Assembly (NCBI GenBank): GCA_963832235.1
Contig: CAWHTJ010000001.1
Location: 159,870-223,869 of the forward strand
DNA length: 64,000 bases
Direction: 5' to 3'
From: an uncultured Acidobacteriaceae bacterium
Lineage (GTDB): Bacteria; Acidobacteriota; Terriglobia; Terriglobales; Acidobacteriaceae
In this document: piece after piece, positions 9,729-20,260 of the stretch
Layout: each line of letters begins with the position of its first letter
How positions within the stretch are numbered: position 1 is the stretch's first letter
Position numbers and translations under genes: made by a program
The notes under the pieces: generated by a model
Database searches by the model: none
Told to the model about the DNA's origin: nothing
Seen by the model: only the letters and a program-made list of their open reading frames with translations

Positions 9729-9925
9729 GTTTCGCGATGAACTCCCGTAACCGCCTTCCGGTTACTGCATCGAGTTACTCCCGTCGAGCATGGCCCCAGG
9801 TACATCTCCCTCCCGTGCGTTGAAAATGCCTCGGACGCGGCTGTAGATAAAGAGTAGGTCAAGTCTCCGCCAACCCGCCAAACACCACTTCCACGCGGGT
9901 TTCCGGCTAGGGACAGGGAGAACAA

Positions 9926-11200
9926 ATGCAGATCGGCGTCTACGGTTCGGGATACCTGGGAACGGTGATTTCGGCCTGCCTGGCGGATTTTGGCACGCCG
10001 GTTTCCTGCTGTCATCCCGACCGGTCGCGCATGGTTGAGATGGCGCAGGGCAACATTCCCTTCTTCGAAAAAAATCTGAAAGAAATCATCCGGCGCAACG
10101 TGCGCGCCGGGCGGCTGGCTTACTCCACTGACATTGAATCCTTCGCCCGCAAGACACAAGTGATTTTCCTGGCGGAAGACAAGGCGGAGGGCCTGGGCGA
10201 CATTGCCATGCGCATCGCGCGGCTGGCGTCCAAGCCTCCGATTCTTACGATCGTGACTCCCGCTCCCGTGGGCACCGCGGCGCAAGCTGAGAAAAGAGCA
10301 TCAAAGACGCCGGGCTGCAGGCGACGATCGTGTCGCAGCCAATGTTCTTCACCGATGGCTGCGCGGTTGAAGATTTCAACTGGCCCGACCGGCTGATTCT
10401 GGGCTCGACTTCGAACGAAGCCGTGCAGATGCTGAAGCAGATTTTTCATCCGCTGGTCATGCGCGGCGTGCCGGTGATTGTGACCAACCAGGCGACCGCG
10501 GAACTGGTGCGCGAAGCGGCGACAGCGTTTGTCGCGACAAAGATTTCCTTCATCAACGAAGTGGCGGCGCTTGTGCGAACGGGTGAACGCGGACGCCGTG
10601 AACCTTGCTCTGGCTCTCGGCCTGGACAAAAAAATCGCTCCCGCGCTGCCTGCAGCCCGGAGCGGGCATGGGCGGCGTATTCGCCGAGTCCGACATGGAT
10701 TCACTGGTGGAATTGGCGCAAGTCGCATGGCGTGCCGCTGAAAGTGCTGAGCGCCGCGCGCGATGTGAACACTTATCTCGCCGACCGCCTGGTCGATAAG
10801 ATTTCGCTGGTGTTGAATTCGGTCGAGAACAAAGACGTCGGCATTCTCGGGCTGGCCTTTAAGCCGAATACGAATTCGGTGGCGGGATCGTCGTCGGTGC
10901 GGCTGGCCGAGAATCTGGTGTCGAAAGGGCGCGCGCGTGCGCGCCTATGATCCGGTGGCGATTCCGGAAGCTAAGATTCGGCTCAATGGATCGGTGCGCT
11001 ACTGCGATTCTGCTTACGCCGCTGCGGAAGGTTCCGACGCGCTGGTCGTGGGCACGGGCTGGCCGGAGTTTCGCGCACTCGATTTCGACCGCATCAAGCA
11101 TCTGCTGAAGAAGCCCGTCATCGTCGACACCAAGAATCTGCTGGATTCGACTCGTCTGCGGGCGCTGGGATTTGAATACGTCGGCGTCGGGCGCGGGTAG
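9926..11200 (+). pseudogene. ugd: UDP-glucose/GDP-mannose 6-dehydrogenase family gene, 5 frameshifts
   Basis: N-terminus MQIGVYGSGYLGTVISACLA (GxGxxG). Conserved protein runs through frames 2>1>2>0>1>2, shifting near 10295, 10573, 10649, 10722 and 10927. Catalytic GGSCFPKD position reads GGVFAESD. Confidence 0.85.
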
Positions 11201-11215
11201 GCCGCAGCGGCGTGG

Positions 11216-11247
11216 TTAGAGAGACGTTGCGAGCAACGTCTCTACGA
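11216..11247. repeat. REP family 1 singlet hairpin
   Basis: GAGACGTTGCGAGCAACGTCTCTAC, 16 bp after the ugd stop. Same unit as the doublets listed below. Confidence 0.8.
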
Positions 11248-11661
11248 CAGCAGTTCTTTATTTATAGCGATTCAGCTTATTTCTTCATCCGCATTCTTCA
11301 TTTCTTCCCGCTCGTTCCTTGCTCATCGGCCTTGCGTGGTGTTTATAGCTGGGGAGCGATCACTCCCACCACGGGCGCCAGCCCTGGGTCATCCAGGGTG
11401 ACCTGTCTGGTAAGCGCCCGCACAAGATGTCCCGCATCGTCACTCCCGAAGGTGCGTACACGGGTCCGCGAGGTGTCTAGAACTGCGCGGCTGAACATCT
11501 CGGCCTGCAGTTTCGACGATATCGGGATTGGAAATCTCAGTCACGGTCGTTCGTCACATCGGCCAATTTTATCTGTGGAAAACGCTTGAGATCGATTCGA
11601 GTTTCGCCTTCGGGAGATGCTCTGACAGCGTGGGATGGCAATTGCTATAATCGAATGCGGT

Positions 11662-11738
11662 GGTGGGAATAGCTCAACTGGCAGAGCACCGGACTGTGGC
11701 TCCGACGGTTGCGGGTTCGATTCCCGTTTCCCACCCCA
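11662..11738 (+). tRNA. tRNA-His (anticodon GUG)
   Basis: GGTGGGAATAGCTCAACTGGCAGAGCACCGGACTGTGGCTCCGACGGTTGCGGGTTCGATTCCCGTTTCCCACCCCA. Has the extra 5' G(-1) typical of tRNA-His. Loop CTGTGGC. Confidence 0.9.
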
Positions 11739-11820
11739 GATTTTCAGGAAATTTCTTTAGCTAGCGCCAGATGTGGCATGATTCCTTCCGGTCCGGCGAC
11801 CCATTTCACCGTACGATCAC

Positions 11821-11897
11821 GGCCCCGTAGCTCAACTGGATAGAGCATCAGACTTCGGATCTGAGGGTTGGGGGTTCGACTCCCTCCGGGGTCGCCA
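11821..11897 (+). tRNA. tRNA-Arg (anticodon UCG)
   Basis: GGCCCCGTAGCTCAACTGGATAGAGCATCAGACTTCGGATCTGAGGGTTGGGGGTTCGACTCCCTCCGGGGTCGCCA. Anticodon stem TCAGA/TCTGA, loop CTTCGGA. Confidence 0.9.
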
Positions 11898-12098
11898 ATC
11901 GATTTTCGAGTTTGGCAGGTTGGCGGCACCGACTTGTGCGCCGTACAGTTAACAAGTGCCGCGGGGTCCTCATTGGTCGGGACCCGGCAGTAACCTTGTC
12001 GGCAGCCGCTAGGCATGCTCTGATTGCTCTGTATAGAGCAAGTTCTAAGAAGTAGGAGCCATGGGTACCCCAAGTCTAGGGTCCGCCAAAAAAACGGC

Positions 12099-12704
12099 AT
12101 GACCACTTTCTCAAGTCCTCTCTTCAGCAGCCCCTGGCTCGGTTTGGCCGTTTGGGGCGCCCTCTACGTCTCGGACTATTCCCTGACGCTGGCATGCGCG
12201 AGGCTGTATCGAGCCAGGGTGAGTGACAAGATCGTGTTTGAAGGAAGCTACGAAATCACGCCACACTTTCAGTCGGACATTGACTCTCTAAGAATTTTCA
12301 GCCCACGCTTCGTCGGTGCCCTGCTTTTGGGCGGCGCTTGGTTGGTCCTCGTCTGGAGGCTCAGCGTAGAATCGCAACCAGGTTTATTCCAGTTCGTGCT
12401 CGGTGCCATGATCGCGAGCCAGTTGGCAGTCCACGTACGACACCTACGCAATCTGTCTCTGTTTCGCTTGATCGCTTACACCGACACCATTCGTGGCCGA
12501 ATCGAATACTCCCGCTCTTCAATGCTTCAGATGTCATCCATCGAACTTCTCGCCTTCTCCGGCCTGTATGTTCTCCTTTTCGTCTTCACCCAAAGCTGGT
12601 TCGTCGTGGGCGGCGCTGTCGCGTGTCTCTCAATCGCGTTAAAACATTGGAGACTCTCCCGCACACACGTTTCCGGCGCAGTACCCCAGATCAGTGCCAA
12701 ATAG
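12099..12704 (+). CDS. Hypothetical integral membrane protein
   Basis: Start at MTTFSSPLF. Four to five hydrophobic segments. No family recognised. Confidence 0.5.
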   Translation: MTTFSSPLFSSPWLGLAVWGALYVSDYSLTLACARLYRARVSDKIVFEGSYEITPHFQSDIDSLRIFSPRFVGALLLGGAWLVLVWRLSVESQPGLFQFVLGAMIASQLAVHVRHLRNLSLFRLIAYTDTIRGRIEYSRSSMLQMSSIELLAFSGLYVLLFVFTQSWFVVGGAVACLSIALKHWRLSRTHVSGAVPQISAK

Positions 12705-12835
12705 AAATCCTGTCGAGCTTCGAGCTTCGCTCGACTGGACAGCCGAGGCGTGTTCAGTTCCATGACATCCTTTACACATTGTTCCGGGACATCCGAGGCG
12801 GCTGCCGCTACGTGATTCCTCTTCCGCCGGCAGCG

Positions 12836-13105
12836 CTAGAACGGGTCGACCTTGGGAAAATGAATGTTCAGCTTATAGCAGACGAAGAGAATCAGGATCG
12901 CACCCAGCGTGGAAAAAATAAGGCCGGCTGGATGGTATCGTTCGTTTCTGGGGCGCGCAAACATGTGGGTCACGGCGCCGCCAATGATCGATCCGATGAT
13001 GCCGAGCACGATCGTCCAGAAGATCGTCATATGCACGTGCATTACCGATTTCGCGATAATCCCCGAGATTAGCCCGATGAGAACATACCAGATCAAGTGA
13101 AACAT
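12836..13105 (-). CDS. GlsB/YeaQ/YmgE family stress-response membrane protein
   Basis: MFHLIWYVLIGLISGIIAK...IVLGIIGSIIGG motif. GGAGG upstream of the ATG at 13105. Confidence 0.8.
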   Translation of the reverse strand: MFHLIWYVLIGLISGIIAKSVMHVHMTIFWTIVLGIIGSIIGGAVTHMFARPRNERYHPAGLIFSTLGAILILFVCYKLNIHFPKVDPF

Positions 13106-13195
13106 AATTTTCCTCCAGCGTTTGCCTTCAGAACGTCGTCGAGTATAACCCACGGCTCGGGCAGGTGACCACTGCCAGCATGTTGATAGGCGGAA

Positions 13196-16120
13196 TTAGA
13201 AATTTACGCGCACACCCATCTGTGTGGCGAAGGGGATTCCTACTGTAGTGCCCGGACCGAAAAAGTCGCCCAGGCCGCCGGCGGGGATCTCCAGTTGCTT
13301 GAGGCTGGTGATGGGCTGGAGTTGGTTACATGCTGGGAAGTCGAGACAGACGTTAGTGGCATTGCCGGAGGCGATGTCGCCCGGCGGAAGGGGTAGCGAG
13401 CTGATGTTTCCGACATAGTTCGCGCCGGGATTATTGCGGTTGAAGATGTTGAAGAACTCGGCGAAGGGACGAACCTCCCAGCGGTCGCCGAATCTGAAGG
13501 GACGGGTAATCCGCAGATCCATTTGGATGTAAGGCGTACCGCGGAAAGCGTCGAGCGCGGTGGGCTTGCCATTCACCGAGATGCGCTGGCTGTTGTCGGC
13601 CCTGGTGATGGTGAACGGCCGGGCGGACTCGGCCTGAAACATGGTTGTCAGTTCGAAACCGCCGGGGATGTCGACTGTGCCCGCGAGCACGAAACGGTGG
13701 CGAACATCTTCGCCCGATGGGCCGTAGTCACCGGGACCGAACGGGTTTAGCGGGTCGCAGACGCCGTTGACATAATCAAACAACTCGCCCAGCACGCATC
13801 CCCAGGTCTGCGCATGCGAGAGCGTGTAGTTGGCGACCAGGTTGAAACGCTTTGACACGTTGCCTTGCAGGTGAAGCATCAGGGCGTTGTAGCTGGAGCG
13901 ATTGTCGGAGCGGAACACCTGGGCGGCAAACGGATAGGCGCGATAGGCGTGATTGCCTTCTTCGTGAGTGTAATCCGCACTCGCGATCCAATTGGAATTG
14001 AATGCGTGTTGCACGCCCGCGGTCGCATGCAGGGCGTAGGGAGTCCTGTAATCAGGATCGATCAGAGCGGCTGGAGGATTTGGCCCCCCGTTAACCGCCT
14101 GCAACGCCGCCGCCCAGCCGTTCTGCGCGAGATCGTTGTAGAAAAGCCCGAAGCCGGCGCGGATGACCGTACGGCCGCTCGCGCCCGGGGAATAGGCGAG
14201 TCCCAGGCGCGGTCCGAATTGTTTGCGATCGTTTTGCGGCACTCGCTCCGGCAACCCAAAAGACGGCAGCAGCGGGAATGACGGATTCGCCGTCTGGTCG
14301 CGCCCGGAAGCGATGAATAGACCGTAGGTAGTCTGCCAGCGCAGGCCATAGTTGAACGTGAGGTGACGCGAAAGGCGCCATGAATCCTGCGCGTAGAGAG
14401 CGAGACGCTGGACATTTTGGGAAAAGGCGCCGTCGCGTGCGGGAGTGGTGGAAGCTCCGTTGGCGTAGTCGATGGAAAACTGGGCGAGATTTGTGGCGTT
14501 CGCCGTGTAGAAAGTCGGATCGTTCGGAAACGAGTGCAACGTCTCCTGGTTCCCCGGGAATGCTCCGCCCAGCACAGGCTCGTGGATAAAGTTCACTCCG
14601 AACTTGAACGAATGGTCGCCGGTGGCATGGCCGAGGTCATAGCGAAACTGATATTTCTGCTGATTGCGCCGCGCCGGAAATAATGTAATCGGCGTGGCGA
14701 ACTGATTGTCGCCGTATGTTTCGAAGCCGGAGACCGTCAGCGTCGTAGAACTAAACGGGAATGCGAGCGCAAAGCCGAGCGTGGAGTTGCGGGTCTGGGT
14801 CAGGTGCAACGAACTGGCGTCGAACACGAATGTTCCCAGCCATGACGGACTAAAGGCGTAGGTGTTGCCGATCACGGTGTTCCAGTAATTATTGTGCGTG
14901 GTCAGTCCGGTGGAAGGCAGCGTAGCCTGCTGTACCAGCGCGTTGTGAGTTAGATAACTGTCTTGCGAGGCGCGCAGGAACCATTGCGATTTCGTCGACT
15001 GCGCCAAGTCAAACCGCAAGGAGCCAATGTAGTCGCGAAATGGAATGGCTACGTTGCGCGGAACCGCGATTGCCGGCGCTCCGGGAATCAGGCCGTCGGC
15101 GGCAAGTTGTGCCAGCGCTGCGAATTGCGTGAGGCTGTTGGGGCTGTAGGCGATGCTGGCGTTCTCATGCACGTATTCAAAGGAAGAGAAGACCCAGAAC
15201 TTGTCGCGCGCAATCGGGCCGCCCAGCGTCCCCACGTAGTTTTGCCGCGAGAACGGCTGCTTGGGGTTGGGCGCGGGGTTTTCGATCGGAAATCGCGCAT
15301 TGAGCGCCGCAGCGCGTTCGTAGAACGATCCGCTGCCGTGCCAGTCGTTGGTTCCGCGCTTCGTGGTGATGACGACCGAACCGGCCGTGGTGCCGCCGGT
15401 GTCGGCGTCTTCGTTCGCGGTGCGCACGGCGAATTCCTGAATTGCGTCGGGAGAAAAATTCTGCAGAAATCCGCCAATCCAGTCGTCGGAGTTATCGCCG
15501 CCGTCGACGGAGAGATCATTATTCAGTCCGGAGCTTCCGCCGGTGGAAACCGCCGTGATGCGCGCCTTGGTGGGGTCGGAGGGCTCCACCGGTTCTGTCC
15601 CGGGAGCAAGATAGGCGATGTTCGCAAAGCTGCGGCTGGCGAGAGGAAGCGTCTGCAAATCCTGACTGGTGACCACGCCCTGATGCACCACACTGACCAG
15701 GTCGATCGGTTGCGTCGTAATCGAAGAGTTCTGACCCTGCACGAAGACGGTTTCTGCCGGGGCCGCAAGCTTCAGCGTAACCGTGACTTCGCGCACCGAA
15801 CTGACGGCGATAGATACGTTCGCCTGCGCAGGCGAGAATCCGGTCGCGCTCACGGTGATGCGGTATGAGCCGGGGAGAAGATCATCCAGACGAAACTCGC
15901 CGCGATCTTCGCTGATGGCCGTGCGCTGCACCGGCGAATCGAGCGACTGCACAAGGATCCGGGCCGAGGGAATGCGGGCGCCAGTTGCGTCCTGCACCCT
16001 GCCGCGGAGAGAGCCCCTTGGGTTCTGTGCGTGCAAAACGGTCGCCAACAGGATTAAGAACAGCGCAGCGAGAAGCGATCTCCGAAGCAAGTCTCTCCTC
16101 ATTCGAACAGAGCTATTCAA
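13196..16120 (-). CDS. TonB-dependent receptor with N-terminal carboxypeptidase-regulatory-like domain
   Basis: 974 aa. Signal peptide, GSLRGRVQDATGARIPSARILV...GSYRITVSATGF (CarboxypepD_reg), C-terminal barrel ending ...MGVRVNF. Confidence 0.85.
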   Translation of the reverse strand: MNSSVRMRRDLLRRSLLAALFLILLATVLHAQNPRGSLRGRVQDATGARIPSARILVQSLDSPVQRTAISEDRGEFRLDDLLPGSYRITVSATGFSPAQANVSIAVSSVREVTVTLKLAAPAETVFVQGQNSSITTQPIDLVSVVHQGVVTSQDLQTLPLASRSFANIAYLAPGTEPVEPSDPTKARITAVSTGGSSGLNNDLSVDGGDNSDDWIGGFLQNFSPDAIQEFAVRTANEDADTGGTTAGSVVITTKRGTNDWHGSGSFYERAAALNARFPIENPAPNPKQPFSRQNYVGTLGGPIARDKFWVFSSFEYVHENASIAYSPNSLTQFAALAQLAADGLIPGAPAIAVPRNVAIPFRDYIGSLRFDLAQSTKSQWFLRASQDSYLTHNALVQQATLPSTGLTTHNNYWNTVIGNTYAFSPSWLGTFVFDASSLHLTQTRNSTLGFALAFPFSSTTLTVSGFETYGDNQFATPITLFPARRNQQKYQFRYDLGHATGDHSFKFGVNFIHEPVLGGAFPGNQETLHSFPNDPTFYTANATNLAQFSIDYANGASTTPARDGAFSQNVQRLALYAQDSWRLSRHLTFNYGLRWQTTYGLFIASGRDQTANPSFPLLPSFGLPERVPQNDRKQFGPRLGLAYSPGASGRTVIRAGFGLFYNDLAQNGWAAALQAVNGGPNPPAALIDPDYRTPYALHATAGVQHAFNSNWIASADYTHEEGNHAYRAYPFAAQVFRSDNRSSYNALMLHLQGNVSKRFNLVANYTLSHAQTWGCVLGELFDYVNGVCDPLNPFGPGDYGPSGEDVRHRFVLAGTVDIPGGFELTTMFQAESARPFTITRADNSQRISVNGKPTALDAFRGTPYIQMDLRITRPFRFGDRWEVRPFAEFFNIFNRNNPGANYVGNISSLPLPPGDIASGNATNVCLDFPACNQLQPITSLKQLEIPAGGLGDFFGPGTTVGIPFATQMGVRVNF

Positions 16121-16186
16121 CAGAGAGTAACCACCTGAAAGAGTTAAAGCCAGGAACGTCGTCAGCCCAGGAGAAGGAGTGAGGTC

Positions 16187-17158
16187 TTAGTCTGACCAGC
16201 GCTGCGACGTGCGGTCCCAGCGATGTTTCTTGAGTTCCGCGAGCAGGTTCTTGTCCAGGGGCCCGGCGTCACTGGCCGCGGTGTTGTGCCGCACGTGCTC
16301 CGGTTTGCGCATGCCGGCAATCGTCGTGCTCACGGCTGGGTGGGACAGGATGAAGCGCAGCGCCATTTCCGGCAGCGTCATCCCTGGGGGAAGGATTTCT
16401 TTCAGCTTGTCGACGCGCTTGATTGTTTTGGCGAGATTCTCCGGACCAAAATATCCCGCGCGCCAATCGTTCTTAGGAAAGGTGGTTTGCAAAGTCATCT
16501 TGCCGCCGAGGCTGCCTTCATCGAGCGGCACGCGGGCAATCACGCCGACGTTGAGTTCCTGGCAAACGGGAAAGAGTTCATCTTCCGGCGCCTGATCGAA
16601 GATGTTGTAGATCACTTGCACCGTATCCACCAGGCCAGTGCGCAGGGCTTTAACGCCGTTTTCCGGTTGCCAGCGGTTGATGCTCAGACCGAAAAAGCGA
16701 ATCCACTTGTCGCGCTTCAGTTTTTCCACCGTCGACCGAAACTCCGGCTCATTGGTCCACGAGTCGTCCCAGACGTGAAACTGCAGCAGATCGATAGTAT
16801 CGACGCGCAACTGCTTGCGGATCAGGTCCGCATACTTGAAGACGTGCTTGGCGGAGAAAACATCGCTGTACTTGTATTCGGGAAGAGCGGGCCATCGGTC
16901 ATTGGCCGGAGGAATCTTGGAGGCAGCATAGAGCCGCTTCTTGGAGTTGCGGGCCATGATCTCGCCGAGCAGGGCATCGCTCTTGCCCTCACCGTAGGCC
17001 CATGCCGTGTCGAAAAAGTTGCAGCCAAGGTCCACGGCAAGCTGCATCGCGGCCAGCGATTCTTGATCGTTCGAACCGCTCCACCCGCTCATCCCCCAGA
17101 GCCCGTGGGCGATCTCGCTGACTTCAAAACCGGTACGGCCGAGCTTGCGGTATTTCAT
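16187..17158 (-). CDS. Aldo/keto reductase
   Basis: MKYRKLGRTGFEVSEIAHGLWGM...FFDTAWAYGEGKSD, canonical AKR N-terminus. Confidence 0.9.
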   Translation of the reverse strand: MKYRKLGRTGFEVSEIAHGLWGMSGWSGSNDQESLAAMQLAVDLGCNFFDTAWAYGEGKSDALLGEIMARNSKKRLYAASKIPPANDRWPALPEYKYSDVFSAKHVFKYADLIRKQLRVDTIDLLQFHVWDDSWTNEPEFRSTVEKLKRDKWIRFFGLSINRWQPENGVKALRTGLVDTVQVIYNIFDQAPEDELFPVCQELNVGVIARVPLDEGSLGGKMTLQTTFPKNDWRAGYFGPENLAKTIKRVDKLKEILPPGMTLPEMALRFILSHPAVSTTIAGMRKPEHVRHNTAASDAGPLDKNLLAELKKHRWDRTSQRWSD

Positions 17159-17271
17159 GAGGGCGTCCTTTGCGAAGAGAATCTGTTAAGAAGCGGACTG
17201 ATCAGCATATATCGAAGCGCGGATTTTCGCCCATCCGGTCGGGGCGTTCCGCTTTACAAGTTGTATCGCCG

Positions 17272-17323
17272 CACGCGAGATCCCTCCCTTCGCCTGAAAA
17301 ACGGCTCCGGGCGGGATGACGCC
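17272..17323 (-). repeat. GTCATCC-headed repeat unit (variant C)
   Basis: Reverse complement GGCGTCATCCCGCCCGGAGCCGTTTTTCAGGCGAAGGGAGGGATCTCGCGTG matches the copies at 59187 and 60514. Confidence 0.8.
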
Positions 17324-17693
17324 CTCGTGAGGGAGCAAAGGGATCGGGGAAGCGGAGTCAGCGGGTTTTTCGATGGGAGTCATTCAAATTTTGGGGCCTC
17401 GGGTAAAGGCTTCTTGGTGTGTAATGAACCTAGATCATAACGATGGAGGTCTCCCAGTGAAATCCGAATACCCTTATAATCCAACGCCCGGGAAGCAAGA
17501 CGAATTGATCGCGCCATCGCCGTCCCGCTTGATCGACGAGAAAATTTCGGACGAGTCGGGCGCGGAAACCAAGTCCGACAGCGCGCTGGCGCCGGCGGGT
17601 CTCAACAATCCTTTCTGGAATTAACCTCAGACTGGCGCCGGTTTCGTCGCAGCGCAGAATTACCGCGACGGCCGGCGCTTTTTCCCGCCCAAT

Positions 17694-19100
17694 CTACCGC
17701 AGTATCGGCAAACACAGGCACGGTCGAATCGAGAAATCCAGCCCGGCCATTTCCTCCAGTGCCGGACGAAGCAGCGAATCGCGGCAAGGCTCGAGCGTAA
17801 TCACAAATGGCAACGAGGCCTTGTCAAAACCTGGCTTCTGCAGCAAAGAGTCGATATTCAAATGATGGGCCGCCATGATTTGAGCCAGGCGCGCCACGAT
17901 CCCCGGCTGATCGCGAACAAAAAAGCGCAGGTACCAGGGCGTTTCAAAATCACTGCTCAGCGTCGGGGTGGAGATGGGCGCGGAGGCGGGTAGGGCGACG
18001 GAGCCTGCCAGTTCTCGCCGGCCCGCACCGGCAGATAGATTTTGCGCGACAGACATCAAGTCAGAAACCACGGCCACCGCAGTTGGGTCGCCACCGGCGC
18101 CCGCGCCGAGAAATGCCATGTCTCCGCCGTACTGGCCAGAAGTAAGGACGAGGTTAAGATTTCTCTGCACCCGGCCGAACGGCGATTCGATAGGGACCAG
18201 GCATGGGCCGACCTCCGCGAACAGAGTGTTTTCCTGCAAGTCTTCCTTCGGGATAGCGGGTTTGAGGACGGCGCGCGAGATTTGGCGGATGGTGCAGCCA
18301 AGTTCGGCGGCGTAGTCGAAATCAACCGCATCAATCGCGCGAATGGTGCGGGCGCGCACGGACTCGGGAGCGACCCGAGTATGCAATCCAGCGAGCGCCA
18401 GAATGGCCAGCTTGGCGCGCGCGTCGCCGCCATCTAAATCCTCGGAGGCATCGGCCTCCGCATACCCCCGAGCCTGCGCCTCTTCCAGCGCCTCGCTGAA
18501 GGGGATTCTGGCGCTTTCGATCCGGCTCAGAATGTAGTTGCAGGTCCCATTCAGAATTCCTGCAATGCCATGCAGCCGGTCTCCGCTCAAACCGGTGCGG
18601 AGCGCGGGAAGAACAGGGACTCCTCCGGCGACCGAGGCGCCGAACTCGATCTGGCATCCTTTGCTGCGGGCTAGTTGCAGAAGATCGGAGCCGTGGCGGG
18701 CAATCAGCTGCTTGTTCGCTGTCACCACCGACTTCCCCGACTCCAGCGCGCGTCGCACAATCTGCTCCGCTGGATTGAGGCCGCCGATCAGTTCGATGAC
18801 GACGTCGACATCCGATTTCAGCACAACCTCTACGTCGTCGGTCCAGATGACATCGCTCGGAACCCAGGGCTGCTTCTTTCTTTCCACATTGCGGTTGCAG
18901 ATGTGGGTGAGGCGAAGAGAACCGTTCCCGTTCTCGCACAGAATTTTTGCCACCGCGCGACCAACGGTTCCAAATCCGATCAAGGCAACCCGGCAGGCGG
19001 AGCTTCGTTGCTGGCGAGGGCGGGCGCCCAATTTCGCCGCCGGTTTTGAAATACGCTTGGGCAAGGAATCAATCTCGCTCGAAAAAGAATTCCTTATCAT
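17694..19100 (-). CDS. hom: Homoserine dehydrogenase
   Basis: VALIGFGTVGRAVAKIL NAD-binding site, catalytic core, C-terminal ACT-like domain. Start taken at MIRNSF (19100); the N-terminus is uncertain. Confidence 0.85.
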   Translation of the reverse strand: MIRNSFSSEIDSLPKRISKPAAKLGARPRQQRSSACRVALIGFGTVGRAVAKILCENGNGSLRLTHICNRNVERKKQPWVPSDVIWTDDVEVVLKSDVDVVIELIGGLNPAEQIVRRALESGKSVVTANKQLIARHGSDLLQLARSKGCQIEFGASVAGGVPVLPALRTGLSGDRLHGIAGILNGTCNYILSRIESARIPFSEALEEAQARGYAEADASEDLDGGDARAKLAILALAGLHTRVAPESVRARTIRAIDAVDFDYAAELGCTIRQISRAVLKPAIPKEDLQENTLFAEVGPCLVPIESPFGRVQRNLNLVLTSGQYGGDMAFLGAGAGGDPTAVAVVSDLMSVAQNLSAGAGRRELAGSVALPASAPISTPTLSSDFETPWYLRFFVRDQPGIVARLAQIMAAHHLNIDSLLQKPGFDKASLPFVITLEPCRDSLLRPALEEMAGLDFSIRPCLCLPILR

Positions 19101-19318
19101 ACGTGCGACTCGCGTTCTCGGGAACTGCAAACCGATGGACCTCCGGGCTGCTGCACAGGCGGAATCAGCATCAAAGTTGATAATATGGTGCCTGCCTGCT
19201 GCGATCGCAATCCTGGCGGGAGCATCGCGGATACGTTCTTTCAGAAGCGCCTCTGGTTGCCGCGGTACGGGCCGAGCGCGACGGTCCGCTACCACGCCCG
19301 GCAGCGGGAGGAGAATGA

Positions 19319-20152
19319 ATGAGTCGAATGTTCGCGACGGCTTCCGGATTCAGAGTCGTTCTAGGGTGGATCACACTGACGATTCTGGCGGGAGCCGCAA
19401 CTGTCCATGCCCAGCAAACTCCTGAGCCATCATCGTCGGCAACTCAGCAGCCTGCGGCCCAGCAGCCGCCCGCAAACCAGCAGCCGAGCAGCAAACAGCC
19501 GGTTAACCAACAGACCAGCAGCCAGGAAGCTTCGCCCGAAGAAATAGGGCCTGTCCGCAAGCCTAAACCCAAGGACTACAAAAACTGGACATTCAACGTG
19601 GGCGGCGGGGCGAGTCTCACGAACGGCGCTACAGGGAATTTTGTTCGTGGCGGAGGAGGAATCGCGGCTGCCGGCATCGCTCGCAACACCAGCAAGTATT
19701 TTGGATTGCGCTTCGATTTCCAGTGGGATAACTTGCCGTTGCGCACCTCTGCCCTGGAGGCGGCGCAGGCGCTCCACGCAACGAGCCATGTCTACTCTTT
19801 CAACCTCGATCCCATCCTCAACATTCCGGTCACCAAAGTGTGGGGTGGATATATTGTGGCCGGCGGCAGCTTCTTCCATCGATCGGGAAAGCTGGATTCT
19901 TCGACCGCCATTCCGGGATCGGCTTGCAATGCTTTCTTCAACTGGTGGGGCAACTGCTTTAACGCCAGCCTTCCTCTGAATAAGAATTTTATCTCCACCA
20001 GCCAAAACGAGTTTGGGGAGAACTTCGGGTTTGGCCTCACGCGCAAGATCCGGCCGAATATTGAGATCTACGGCGAATTCCGCTATCTGCACGGAACGCA
20101 CAGCGGCGTCACCACGGATTTGCGGCCGATCACCGTGGGGGTACGCTGGTGA
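19319..20152 (+). CDS. Outer-membrane beta-barrel protein (OmpA-like porin family)
   Basis: GGGAGGAG SD, signal peptide, Q/P-rich linker, alternating beta-strand pattern, aromatic C-terminus VGVRW. Confidence 0.6.
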   Translation: MSRMFATASGFRVVLGWITLTILAGAATVHAQQTPEPSSSATQQPAAQQPPANQQPSSKQPVNQQTSSQEASPEEIGPVRKPKPKDYKNWTFNVGGGASLTNGATGNFVRGGGGIAAAGIARNTSKYFGLRFDFQWDNLPLRTSALEAAQALHATSHVYSFNLDPILNIPVTKVWGGYIVAGGSFFHRSGKLDSSTAIPGSACNAFFNWWGNCFNASLPLNKNFISTSQNEFGENFGFGLTRKIRPNIEIYGEFRYLHGTHSGVTTDLRPITVGVRW

Positions 20153-20193
20153 AGCCTGTTCTAAAGGCTTCGGGGACTGTTTTGCAGGACACA

Positions 20194-20214
20194 CCGAGCG
20201 CGAGGCGCGCTCGG
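20194..20214. terminator. Hairpin between convergent genes
   Basis: CCGAGCGCG-AGG-CGCGCTCGG, 9-bp stem. No clear U-tract. Confidence 0.35.
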
Positions 20215-20260
20215 GGCGCCGGCTCTACCTAATTTCAGCATCTTCATTTCAGCGTCTTCC

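Noticed and set aside
11340-11500. 51-codon minus-strand ORF (MFSRAVLDTSRTRVRTFGSDDAGHLVRALTRQ...) in the AT-richer gap before tRNA-His
   Set aside because: No RBS and no recognisable family; the similarity to PIN-domain N-termini is too weak. It may be another gene remnant, but I cannot support that.
11898-13195. Genomic island integrated at the tRNA-His/tRNA-Arg pair
   Set aside because: There is no integrase, no recognisable direct repeat of a tRNA 3' end, and only two small membrane-protein genes before a typical core-type TonB receptor.
16223-17440. Long antisense ORFs opposite real genes (also 21924-23162, 24309-25562, 25460-26257, 32402-33364, 34245-35204, 42345-43010, 46396-47547, 52312-53178)
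   Set aside because: These are typical shadow ORFs of GC-rich DNA. Their translations are Arg/Ala/Gly/Pro-rich with no recognisable motifs, while the opposite strand encodes clear family members.
17373-17624. 83-aa plus-strand ORF between the AKR gene and hom
   Set aside because: No SD sequence and low-complexity composition. It is partly adjacent to a repeat unit, so the evidence for coding is insufficient.
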